Source of the DNA: Paraspadella gotoi
Taxonomy: Eukaryota; Animalia; Chaetognatha
DNA length: 64,000 nt
Reading direction: 5' to 3'
NCBI GenBank assembly: GCA_051294375.1
Contig: CM119271.1
Span: 11,110,341 to 11,174,340, forward strand
Every line of letters begins with the position of its first letter. Positions within the stretch are counted from its first letter, which is position 1. The translations under genes were made by a program, and so were the position numbers. Below the pieces are notes generated by a model. That model searched no databases, had not been told where the DNA came from, and saw only the letters and a program-made list of their open reading frames with translations. Shown one piece after another: positions 1-11,198 of this stretch.

Positions 1-1953
1 AAATATGATAAGGAGGATGGCAAGGACATAAACGAAGAGAGGTAGACAAGGACAAAGGCGGAGAAACATGGACAAAGACGAGGATTAGGATGACAAAGAC
101 GAGGAGACGAGGACAAAGGCGGAGAAGATGACGGCGACAGAGATAAATATTGTCCTCCTCGATCACATGTTGACGACAACGACAAAAACTCNNNNNNNNN
201 NNNNNNNNNNNNNNNNNNNNNNNNNNNNNNNNNNNNNNNNNNNNNNNNNNNNNNNNNNNNNNNNNNNNNNNNNNNNNNNNNNNNNNNNNNNNNNNNNNNN
301 NNNNNNNNNNNNNNNNNNNNNNNNNNNNNNNNNNNNNNNNNNNNNNNNNNNNNNNNNNNNNNNNNNNNNNNNNNNNNNNNNNNNNNNNNNNNNNNNNNNN
401 NNNNNNNGAGAGAGAGAGAGATACTGCAATTTTGAGTTCACACGACTACTGCAATAACAAAGATTATAGTTGCTCTCGTTGTCTAAATATAAAATTGTTT
501 GTCTTGTCTTGTCTGTTTGCCAACTGAGTTCAAAGTTGTACATATTATTGTGAAACTTTTTAGACAGAACGAACAAATGGCGAGAGAGTTAAAATGAAAA
601 CTTTGCTTCAAAACTAGTCCGTCGAAACAGATATCTTTATGACGTATATTTAATTATTTATGAAACTTTAATTTATAATTTAATTCGAATTAATTAAATA
701 AACATTCTCTTGGCTCAAAGATCCTGGGAAACAATCTTTTTTTTTTTTTTCACTTTCAAAAAATTCCGCCGACAATTTTTATTTTAATTCTTTCCGCGTT
801 TTTCGCTCGAAGTTCACAACTTGACATCACCGATTCGCTCTTGTGAGGAAAATCACGTTTTTCGATGCTTAAAATACTGAGTTAATATAATTCATATTTT
901 GAAATACACCTGACTAGTCTTTCATTACTTTCATGATCGATGGATTTAACCTATGAGGTTTCCCCCGTTTCGTCGGTTTCGTCGCCTGCCTCCTCGGATT
1001 TCGTGAACCTCGATATAGTGAGTTTTTGCTGCGCCAAAAGCCTCCGGAGAAATGGCAGTCAATTCCTTCCTTGTTAAAGGGTCTGGTTGGCCTGGCGCCC
1101 TCGCTAAATGACCACCGGCATAAATCGAAACCCCGATTGTCCTTTGCCATTAATGTGTAAATTATAATTTAAACATATAATTAGTTAATAATTTAACACG
1201 TTTCAGTTAGTAGTATTGGGCACTATTAAGTGCTTTATCGGTCGGTGCGTCCAATACCTCTTAGAAAATCACAAGTGGTCGCGTCCGTACACTCATTATT
1301 CTATACGCTCTCTCTGGATGATGTTCCTCCTCTCAACGGATAAAAGAAGAAAGGTAGGACTTTACTGTTGTGACAGAAACGATAATTATTGTGGGTGCTT
1401 TACCCATCGCAAATATACTATTGTCCTATATTGACGAATGTGCGCTTGTGGCTTGACGTAATCTCTTGATACGTAATAAAAATAAAAATAGATAGCTCCA
1501 AATTAGTGCCGTAAGTGTTATACGCGGTGGTGATTATATCTCTCTAACCCAATTGTCCACATGGTGGTGATCAGTTAGTTTCCGTGTCAAAAACATCCCC
1601 CTGCTAATTTGTGAGATACAGAGATTTTGAGTTAGAATTTCTCTAATCGGAATCTAAGATGATAGACATAGTGTCTAGCAGTTGAGAATCGGAGTTTAAT
1701 GCCCAAACCTCCCGCGCGAGTCAGGGAGAGGAGAACCTGCAAAATATTTTTTAGTTTCTGGTTTTTTAGTTGTGCGCGCCTTCAGGATTGAAGTGACTCA
1801 GGCGGCCTTTCGACAGAATCGCCCCGGACCTGCCGCCGTCCAGAGCGTTTGGAAGGGGACAAAGTAGGCGGTGAAAGGCGAAGGTAGTTCGCGAGGGAGT
1901 TTCTTAAGGACATACCTGCACCATTTTGAAGGAAAAGATAAGGCGCTGAGAGA

Positions 1954-3968
1954 ATGTATACAAATTACACAAGTGTGAAGAATATTGGCAATAATCCTAA
2001 ACTGCAAACGGATCAATTACAACAGCTATTGGCGCTTTTAGTGCTTCACCAAACAATTACTCCCGCGTGGTCCCGCGGTGCATTCCTTGAAGAAAGTATG
2101 AGAAGCTGTCCGCGGAGCACTAGATTTGCCTGGAATCCCCTGATTGAGGTTGATATACAGAGTTCCCAAGATCCTCAGATTTCTGACTAGTCGGCTGGTG
2201 ATACAGTTTGGGTTCTGAAGGTGTACGTGAGAAGCGCTGGGGTTGTTAACGCGATTATCTTTAAGCCTCATGACGCGATTATTATTGCTACATGGAGACA
2301 GAAGAACCTTTAACCCTTGTCAATGGGCCGTCGAAAGAATGACAGATGGGGGCGAGAGGTAGATCCGGTAGGTGAAATATACTTATTTATAGGTCTTTTT
2401 AATACATAACTCTTCGATTGATAATAATTTTAGAAGATCAAACACACAATACGACTCGCCTGAATTTTTTGGTCATGATGAATAATCCACTAGGGTGTTA
2501 AATACTGCTGTCTTGTTTTAACTCACGAAGCAGGAGAACATATTTTCCACTCTCTGTACGATAATTATAGTATTGCTCCACTTTAGAGGCGTTTCGGGGG
2601 AGGCGACTTTTCCAGTCTTTCTTTGATGATAACTCTTCTTGTGTGCTTTAAGCACTTTTGATGGATTGAATGTGTGGCGTTGGAACCGGCGGTACGCATT
2701 ATTTTTGCGTCGACCCGTGTCCTCTGTTGTGTAGTGATGGAAACCTGATGATTGGATAGGAATAAACCTTTAAGGACTGTGATAGGTGTTGACAACCTTT
2801 ATAAAGAGCAATTTCGAGTAAGTTTCTTGTCATTAAAACTTTTGCGTTCATTCCCCCAAAAATCTTTCCCATAACTGTCGAACTTGTGTGGCGCGAAGAG
2901 GTTTGAGGATAAATAGAAGTAAGGACCAGAGTTCCTTAGCGAGTTCTGTACAGCTCGGTGTACGTCCCTCGAGTACGAGGAGGAAAATCTGTTGTTGGTG
3001 TCGAAGCTCTGTTTGCAGACATATAAGATATGAGAGGATTAGCTGTGTTGCTTGAGACTGGTTGTAAATTAATTATGATCTTGGCTCGTCGTTATCGGCA
3101 CAGGTAACGTACCCTTGATGCTACTGTAAATATAAATACTCTCAATTAATTATACATCTCACTTACTTACTGATTAATAATTACTACTTAGCATAATTAA
3201 CATTTTCCTTTAAAATGTGTAAGTAGACTGTTTATTAAGGACCGGATTTTCGTAAGTAATGACGGCAGATCGACCATGTTTTTGGCCACTCAAAACTTGT
3301 TCTTGAGCTGTATCTATGGGCGTTTGAACTTCAATCTTTTGTCCGTTATCCGATCTATTGATACCAACTCAATTCTCGTCATTTCTTGTTTCTCTTGACA
3401 ATATGTAATTTATATGCTTGGAAAATTTTTAACTATATTTAGTTCTCCAACAAAATAACCCGCTTATTGTCATAATTAATAGGGTACACTAAGGTGGTGT
3501 TTGTTCGGTTAAATATAATTCGAACCTGGAGAAGGGACAGTCCTTTCCAAAGGTTATGGAAAATGACGTTGATATCGGGGACTGTCCCTACTCTCTTAGC
3601 GAAAAATACTCCTTGCAGCCGGCTCGGCGATATAATATCGGCCTTTGACATATAAGTAAGTGTTAAAACCATTTACTATCCAGAGAATGGGGCCGTAAAC
3701 CTAAAACGTAGGCTAAGTTAAACTAGGACTAAGTAACTCTTCGAAGCAACCACCAAGGGAGCGGGACTCCATTTCTAAACCTGGTGTTGATGGATGTGGA
3801 AACCAAGTGTAGCGAGAGAAGGGAGCGATAGTTGTTGTGGCTGGGATCTTTCCCTCTCCCTAGACCCATTTCATCGGGCCCAAGGATGGGTTGAGTTGCC
3901 CTTGCACCAGGCGTTGTACCATCCATCATTTGAACGCCCTCCAATGGTAATCTCTGTTAACTGGCGAG
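1954..3968 (+). CDS. Possible WD40-repeat protein gene, fragmented exons in indel-rich sequence
   Basis: WD40-like peptides on the + strand in shifting frames: ITPAWSRG and TRFAWNPL (ORF 1954-2190), ALSTFDGLNVW (~2643-2680), LLAAG(S)-DIISAFDI (~3608-3653, needs one frameshift), GSDSCCGWDLS and YHPSF (ORF 3794-4009). Candidate splice signals: TTTAG at 2582-2586, GTAAGT at 2818 and 3656, CAG at 3681-3683. No continuous frame; motif recognition by eye only. Confidence 0.35.
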
Positions 3969-6259
3969 GTAAAAACAGATTATTAAAAGCTGTATTGATT
4001 CATAAATGATTTTCCTTTGATATGATTAATGTATTTCATTTTTTTTTTTTTTTATGAAATTGGTACACCAATTATAAAAAATTATCTCTCCACTTCATCT
4101 TAATAAATATAAGCTATTTCTCGCCCTCTGACTTTCTCTTTTGCGGAATCGTGTTTCAAATCCGCTTAGCCTTTTGTCTTCCTTTCCGCTCTCCTCCTCG
4201 TGCAATCATGCCCTCGATTCGCCACCTCTCCGCGCCTTCCGTATCCATCTGTTCCGCTGCTCTCATCGCTCTGAGATACAAATCGCGGCCAATTCTGACT
4301 GTCTCAGCTTTAGTGTTTTGCGAAATCTGCGGCCGCCTGGCTTCATAAATAAAAACTTTTCCTAACAATAAAATATGGAAAGGTGACAATTAAAATCAGC
4401 GCCTAGATTATAGTGCTGAGCTATTGTCTTATTTGTGTGTCTTACCGAGTTACACATTGGTGTGAAGGGTTAGTTATTTATTCTTTTTAACCTCTTCATT
4501 ATTACGTTCATGTTTATATATGATAATGCAAATATATAACATAAATCCCGACCGACAATTATCGCTCTCCCGGTCAGCGAATGTGCCTCAGATAGATATA
4601 CCATAACCCCAAAAAGGAACACAAAATAATTAGGACAAATGCAAATATTGAGGATCTAGGATACAATCTCATTTGCCAGATAATTCACAAAAATTAATCT
4701 GCTAACATTGGGTGATGTATAAATTTCTAAAAAGCATAGAGTCAAAAAGTCGATGTAATAATTAAATTGGTGTACAGACTTAATCAATCTTTATAATTAA
4801 CGTTTAATTTCATATAGTATTAATTACTACTGACTGATGTTACTTTAGTTTCAACTACGTAACAATTGAAAAAACCTAATTTTGTTTCCACCTAATTTAT
4901 TATTCAGATTTTCACTTGGGGTCACACACTTTTGAAACGAACTTCGTCGCAATGCTTTAATACCATCCCGACTCTCCTGATTTTTTCTCCCTCCTCATCA
5001 GATGGCTTGTTAACGATCGGCCGACCACATCCCAAGGATGGCCCCCCTGACGAAACTTTCCAACCCCGAAAATCGTGAACTCCGCGAACGAAACCTATCC
5101 TGGATCTTCGCCTCCAGCCTCCACTTGATGTCGACCGCGAAGAAGCCTTCAATAAGTTGGTACCCCAAGCACGCCCGTGAAAGCCGGCGGGGCCGGACGA
5201 AGGTCAGAAAAGGGAAGGATGTAACACTAAAGCGTAGCAAAAATCATTAAAATCAAGTTGAATAAAATCATGAACCTGTGAACATTTTAAACAAAAAAAA
5301 ATTATTTATTTTTAAATTTTCGCATCACGCCCATCTTGCCAATAAGAAATGTTCAAAAAATTTTAAAATGTTTTTTTTTTTTAATGACAGATTCGAATTC
5401 CTCACGAAAAGTTTTGGATAAAAGGAATAATAACTCTTTTTAATAAAATGATTAACCATTAAGTGGTCAAAATCCTAAAAAACTGTTATATAAGTAAAAA
5501 AAATTTTAACATTTTTCATCCTCCCAACAGCGACAAGCGCTGAACCCAGGCCCACCAACCTTGGAATTGAACAAAACAAGATTCTAAGAAACTTCGAGAC
5601 CTCACAAGAGAAAGAAAGGAACATCCACCACAGAGACGCACGAAGAAGAGGGAGGATCACATAAATCGGAGATCACAAAGACACAAGGGAAAAAGGGAAG
5701 AGAGAAGAGAGACCCGAACCAGGTACGCTAATAACGATCCTATAACGAGGAAGAGAAAGATAAAGCATAAGGACAAACTAATGCCTTCTCAAATCCCAAT
5801 CACAACTCTTCTTTTCCCCCTTCCCCAACTCTAGCCCGTCGGCCTTTCTTTTAAGAGTCCCACCCACCGAAGGTCGGTGGTTATCGGCTCCCGAGGCACA
5901 GGGACAAAACAACGCGACTGAGAGAGAGGATACAGAGAAAATGTTATGATAGGGGAAGAATTCTTTACCGGCGGAAAGACAGGTGAGATTGGACGCCCAC
6001 ACTTGAAATCTCTTCCACTTCCAAGTAATTTTTTCCTTTAACAACTCTTTCAAAGGTCCACCGGCGACGAATTACTACAAATCGACGATCTCAAAACGAC
6101 GCGGGCAGGATTCGCAGCCCCAAAGTGGCCGCGCCCCGGCGGTCAAAGCCAGAAATCCCGCGTCTGCACTTCCCGCCACACGCCGACACGGACAGCGTGG
6201 CCTCTGTTTTCTCTCATATTTATGCAAGACAAACAACTTTTGGCGGAGACCTAAGCGGC

Positions 6260-6950
6260 CCTCATCTTCTCCTCCCTCATCCTCCTTCATCGACTCCCTC
6301 CCGCCCGGTTCTCTCTCTCTCCTCCTCCTCTCCTCTTTCCTGCTCTACCTCTCTCTCTTCTTTCTCTCACTCTCCCTCTCTCCACTCATCTCTCTTCGAT
6401 GGTTTCTCCTCGCTCTCCTCTTCTTTTTCCTTCTTTTTTTTCTTTTCCCTTTCCTCTTTTCTTTTCCACCTTCCTCAACTCTCCTTCTTTTCCTCTCCGA
6501 TCTTTGGGTTTCTCTCTGTCTCGTCGCACGCAGTTTCTCTTAATTAGTAACTTTTCTCTCCCTTTCTTGTCCCTCGTTCTCTCTTTTCTTCCTTTTCTCC
6601 CCCCTTCTTCTCTCTCCTTCATCTCTTCCTCTCTCCCTCCTCTTCGCCCTTCTCTCTCTCTCTCTCCTCACCTCCCTCCTTCCTCTCTCTCCTCTCTCTC
6701 TTTCTTCCTCTCTCTCTTCTCTCTCTCTCTCTCTGTCCTGATTACCTTCCTTTAAGAAATTTTAATTTTTTTTTAACCAAAGGAAAGAAGGATAAAAAAT
6801 TGAATTCTCCTTTCTTTTTCTTCTCTTTCTCTTTCCTCTCTCTCTCTCTCTCCTCTTCTCTTTCCTCCTCTCTCGTCTTCTTCTCTCTCCTCCCTCTCTC
6901 CTCGTCTCCCTCTCTCTCACCCTCTCCTCTCTTCTCTCTCTCTCCTCCCG
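6260..6950. repeat. Polypyrimidine (CT/CTT) low-complexity tract
   Basis: Nearly pure C/T sequence; source of the spurious S/L/F-rich and R/E/K-rich ORFs. Confidence 0.9.
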
Positions 6951-9179
6951 TTTTGTGTGTTTAATCNNNNNNNNNNNNNNNNNNNNNNNNNCTCCTCCAC
7001 TAAACAGTTCTCTTTAAAGCCGAAGGACTCTGATAAGAACATAACTGCTAAGGTTGTGTCAAATTAAAAAGACTTTAGTATGAAGCGAACAGAAAATGAC
7101 GTGAAAAAATGGTAAATAAAGAAAAGGACATTCATGTTGTCGTTTTGTTTCCCACAAAAATAGATTATGACATTTTCACTATTTCTTACAAAAAAACGGG
7201 AATATGGTGTTAACAAAACGACATTGTTTTATTCAATTCCAAATTTAATTTAATAGAAGAAATTAAAAAGTGGCTGTTTTTTTATTTCACACCCAACCAA
7301 TAGCAATACAATTGTTGACAACCTTATAACATAAATAGTGGATGGGGGCATTAGCGAGCGACTTGACAAGCAAAGCTTGGTAACTTTTAGTCTGGCCGGT
7401 TAACGATCCTATTTTGTCGCAAAACACGAGAGATCAATTTTTATTTAAAATATAATTTTTATAGAAAAACCTATAAAGTGTTTAAATTGTTTAAACATAC
7501 GATTTTTACATTGAAAAATATCGGGGAATAATATTTTTATATTTGGCGGAAAAAAGTATATCGACTTTTAGTTTTGACAACTTTAAAGAGTTGTTAATTC
7601 AATGGAATATAGATATATATTGAAACTTTTATTAAAATTAATTAATTAATTAATCTATTAATTAATTAATTAATCTATTAATTAATTAACGTAGGCAGAT
7701 CCGACATTGTTTGCTCAAACTTGTTTTGACATTATCTTATATTATTATATTATTATCTTATATTATCTTATAAAAAAACAATCTCAAAACCTTAATTTTT
7801 AAAGAAAATAGTTGATATTTATTTTAAAAAATGATATCAATCGCACATTGTAATAAAATGTTATGATATAACAGCGCATGTCGATCACAACTCTCTCTCT
7901 CTCTCTCTCTCTCTNNNNNNNNNNNNNNNNNNNNNNNNNNNNNNNNNNNNNNNNNNNNNNNNNNNNNNNNNNNNNNNNNNNNNNNNNNNNNNNNNNNNNN
8001 NNNNNNNNNNNNNNNNNNNNNNNNNNNNNNNNNNNNNNNNNNNNNNNNNNNNNNNNNNNNNNNNNNNNNNNNNNNNNNNNNNNNNNNNNNNNNNNNATTT
8101 TTTTCACAAATTGTACTTTCCTACTTTCATTTTTTTTTCGTCTCTTCAATCAGTGAAACAAAAAGAACAAAAATGTCGGGAAGGAGAAAATAGGCCATCA
8201 TCTTTCTATCGCTTTGTGGTCNNNNNNNNNNNNNNNNNNNNNNNNNNNNNNNNNNNNNNNNNNNNNNNNNNNNNNNNNNNNNNNNNNNNNNNNNNNNNNN
8301 NNNNNNNNNNNNNNNNNNNNNNNNNNNNNNNNNNNNNNNNNNNNNNNNNNNNNNNNNNNNNNNNNNNNNNNNNNNNNNNNNNNNNNNNNNNNNNNNNNNN
8401 NNNNNNNNNNNNNNNNNNNNNNNNNNNNNNNNNNNNNNNNNNNNNNNNNNNNNNNNNNNNNNNNNNNNNNNNNNNNNNNNNNNNNNNNNNNNNNNNNNNN
8501 NNNNNNNNNNTCTCTCTCTCCCTCGCTTCGGCGGCAAAGCCAGGGCGAAAAGAGTAATTGCTCAATCCGCCCAAAAACCTTCAGGAAAAAGTGTCAGAGG
8601 CAGTCAGCCGCGAAGTCAGGGGGTGTGTGACGGTGCGAAGTCGCGCCAAGTCACGGGGTGCGACGTCGAGTAAAAGCCTAAAGCCTCAAACGACGTGGGG
8701 TGTCGACGGAGAGAGAGTCGTGGTCGGGGGAGAGCGTCACCACCCCGGATGTAACGTCGTAAAAAAGGCGGGAAAAAAAATGGCGATCGATTTTGAAAAT
8801 CGGAAAAAGGAAAAAAAAAANNNNNNNNNNNNNNNNNNNNNNNNNNNNNNNNNNNNNNNNNNNNNNNNNNNNNNNNNNNNNNNNNNNNNNNNNNNNNNNN
8901 NNNNNNNNNNNNNNNNNNNNNNNNNNNNNNNNNNNNNNNNNNNNNNNNNNNNNNNNNNNNNNNNNNNNNNNNNNNNNNNNNNNNNNNNNNNNNNNNNNNN
9001 NNNNNNNNNNNNNNNNNNNNNNNNNNNNNNNNNNNNNNNNNNNNNNNNNNNNNNNNNNNNNNNNNNNNNNNNNNNNNNNNNCTCTCTCTCTCTCTCTCTC
9101 TGTCTCGGACGAATGATTCCGGGGACGACGACCTTAACGAATCCACGTTGGAAGACTCGCTCCTTGGAGGAGGAGAGGC

Positions 9180-9535
9180 AATGGAAAAAGGAAACGGTAA
9201 AGGAGACGGCATTTCAGATGACGCGAGAAATGGCAAAAGATACGGCAAAAAAGATTTCGAAAGAAATGGCAAAAAAATATGGCGAAGGAGACGGCATTAC
9301 AGATGGCTCGAGAGATGGCAGAGAACATGGCAAAGAAATTCAAAGAATATGGCATTTGAGACGCCAAAAGTGATAGAAGTGAAAATGGATTTAGAGTTTA
9401 CGCGAGTGAATCGCAGATAAGATGACAAAAGAGATGGCAAAGACGACGGAGACGGCATTACCAATGGCGTGAGAGATGGCAGAGATGATAATAAAGAAGA
9501 CGGCAAAGAAAATGGCGAAGGAACTGGCAAAGACC
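9180..9535 (+). repeat. Degenerate ~12-bp minisatellite (AAGAGATGGCAA-like)
   Basis: Successive units gagaaatggcaa, aagatacggcaa, aagaaatggcaa, ggagacggcatt, acagatggctcg, agagatggcaga, gaacatggcaaa; second block at 9420-9535. Confidence 0.7.
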
Positions 9536-9682
9536 CTCCAACCCTTCGAAAATCGCCCGAAGGGAATTTATCGATTTTCTTCCGTCTCGATCCGTTCGCT
9601 CCATCACCGGACAGACGGATAAACGGGACACTTTTGGCGGGAAGGTACTGATCCCCGGACGAACTTCGTGATTTAACTTTTC

Positions 9683-9725
9683 GGGGATTTGGGGAACGGG
9701 GATTTGGGGATTTGGGGATTTGGGG
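9683..9725 (+). repeat. (GGGGATTT)n G-run cluster, potential G-quadruplex
   Basis: Six GGGG runs separated by ATTT or AAC. Confidence 0.65.
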
Positions 9726-10034
9726 AAATAAAAAGGTAAGAAATTCTATCGAACTCTGCCGGTATTCTAGATGATACGTACATCAACTTGGTTCGGCAGC
9801 TTTCGAAACAGACTCGTCGTATTTTCGGTCGGTCTGTCGGTCCGTCCGTCTGTCGGTATGTTTGTCCGTCGGTCTTTCCCACTTACGTTAAAAATGCTCA
9901 TAANNNNNNNNNNNNNNNNNNNNNNNNNCTTGCATTATAGTTTGGTTGTCCTCGATGCTCAGTTGTTAAGAAGGGAAAATCCTTCGAATTTAAGTGAATT
10001 CTAGCGCGGCCTTCAGGAAATAAAATAAAAAGGA

Positions 10035-10293
10035 TGTTGGAGAAAGACGATGCCGCGAGCAAGCAGTTTACCGTCCGTTGCCACACAAAAGGTCCCCGAA
10101 CTTTTTCCGGATCGGGCTGTAGTCCGACACTTACAGGTGGATTATAGGCCCCGTTCCGTTTTTACTTGTAGTGAATCAGCCAGGGCGCGAACCGATTCCT
10201 TTGTTTGGGAGGAGCTCGCTGCTACCTTCCGGCCGCCATAGGTGCTGCTGAATCTCGGACGAGTAGTGGGGTTATGAAATTACTACCACTACA
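10035..10293 (-). repeat. 3' LTR of the TRIM-like element
   Basis: Preceded by the PPT at 10294-10304; ends ...CTCCAACA against an AT-rich flank. Confidence 0.8.
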
Positions 10294-10499
10294 CATCTCC
10301 CCCTAGCATCACACACCCGCCCAAGTGTGGATGGCTATTGATGCACGCGTTGTGCCCGAGCATCTCTAGGAGGGGCTGCCCATATTCATGCTCCCGTCCT
10401 TCACAACACGATGGATCAGAGGGCAGAGGTGAAGTTAACATGCCCGGGCAGAGGTGTTTATTAACGTGCCAGCGTGTTCGTGTGGTGTGGCCTCACCAA

Positions 10500-10749
10500 T
10501 GTGGAAGACGAAGCCGCGAGCAGGTTTACCCGGTCCGTTGCACACAAGAGGTCTCCGAACTTCGATGGGCTGTATCCGGACACTACAGGTGGATTAGACG
10601 CCCGTTCCGCTTTTTACTTGTCAGTGAATCAGCAGGCGCGCGAACCCGATTCCTTTTGTTTTGGGGAAGAGCTCGGTAGCTACCTCGGGCCATAGGTGCC
10701 TGCTTGAATTCTCGGACGAGTAGTGGGGTATGAAATTACTACCACTACA
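10500..10749 (-). repeat. Shared middle LTR of the TRIM-like element
   Basis: Preceded by a PPT and followed by a PBS; aligns to the other two LTRs mostly with indel-type differences. Confidence 0.8.
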
Positions 10750-10760
10750 CATCCCCCCCT
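10750..10760 (-). promoter_or_regulatory. Polypurine tract
   Basis: AGGGGGGGATG immediately 5' of the LTR start TGTAGT; second copy at 10294-10304. Confidence 0.75.
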
Positions 10761-10930
10761 AGCCATCACACACCCGCCCAAGTGTGATGCTATGATGCAA
10801 CGCGTCTGGTGCCGGAGCACTCTAGGGAGGGCTGCCTATTCATGCTCCCGTCTTCACACACGATGGTCGAGGGCAGAGCTGTGAGTTAACATGCCCGGGC
10901 AGAGGTGTAATTTATTAACATGCGTTGCCA

Positions 10931-10951
10931 GCGTGTTCGTTGTGGTCACCA
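10931..10951 (-). promoter_or_regulatory. Primer-binding site, tRNA-Trp-like
   Basis: Minus strand TGGTGACCAC.. lies 1 nt after the LTR-terminal CA. The plus strand GCGTGTTCG..GTGGTCACCA resembles the metazoan tRNA-Trp 3' region (GCGTGTTCRAATCACGTCGGGGTCACCA, recalled, not searched). A noisier copy lies at ~10472-10498. Confidence 0.65.
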
Positions 10952-10952
10952 A

Positions 10953-11198
10953 TGTGAAGGAAGACGATGCCGCGAGCAGTTTACCGTCCGTTTGCACACA
11001 AGGTCCCGAACTTCGGATCGGCTTGTTAGTCCCGAGACACTACAGGTGATTAGACGCCCCGTTCCGCTTTTTTACTTGTTGTGAATCACAGGGCCGAACC
11101 CGATTTCCTTTGGGTTGGGAGAGCTCGTGCTACCTCCGGCCGCCATTAGGTGCTTGCTGAATCTCGGACGAGTAGTGGGGTATGAATACTACCACACA
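10953..11198 (-). repeat. 5' LTR of the TRIM-like element
   Basis: TG...CA termini; followed on the minus strand by T and then the PBS TGGTGACC. Confidence 0.8.

Larger units (their letters stand above)
10035..11198 (-). mobile_element. Non-autonomous miniature LTR retrotransposon (TRIM-like) in tandem array: LTR-int-LTR-int-LTR
   Basis: Three ~250-bp direct repeats (10035-10293, 10500-10749, 10953-11198) reading 5'-TGTAGTGG...TTCCACA-3' on the minus strand, separated by two ~205-bp internal copies. Each internal copy begins with a TGGTGA(CC) PBS and ends with an AGGGGG(G)..ATG PPT abutting the next TG. Flanks are AAG(G)A and AAGA. No coding capacity. Confidence 0.85.

Noticed and set aside
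9114-9651. D/G/K-rich protein exon
   Set aside because: The xxDG/xxNG pattern shifts between frames and is interrupted by stops in otherwise clean sequence; better explained as a 12-bp minisatellite.
10244-10293. Hammerhead ribozyme in the LTR (CTGCTGA...GAAA)
   Set aside because: The core deviates from CUGANGA, stems I-III do not form convincingly, and it lies antisense to the PBS/PPT-defined strand.
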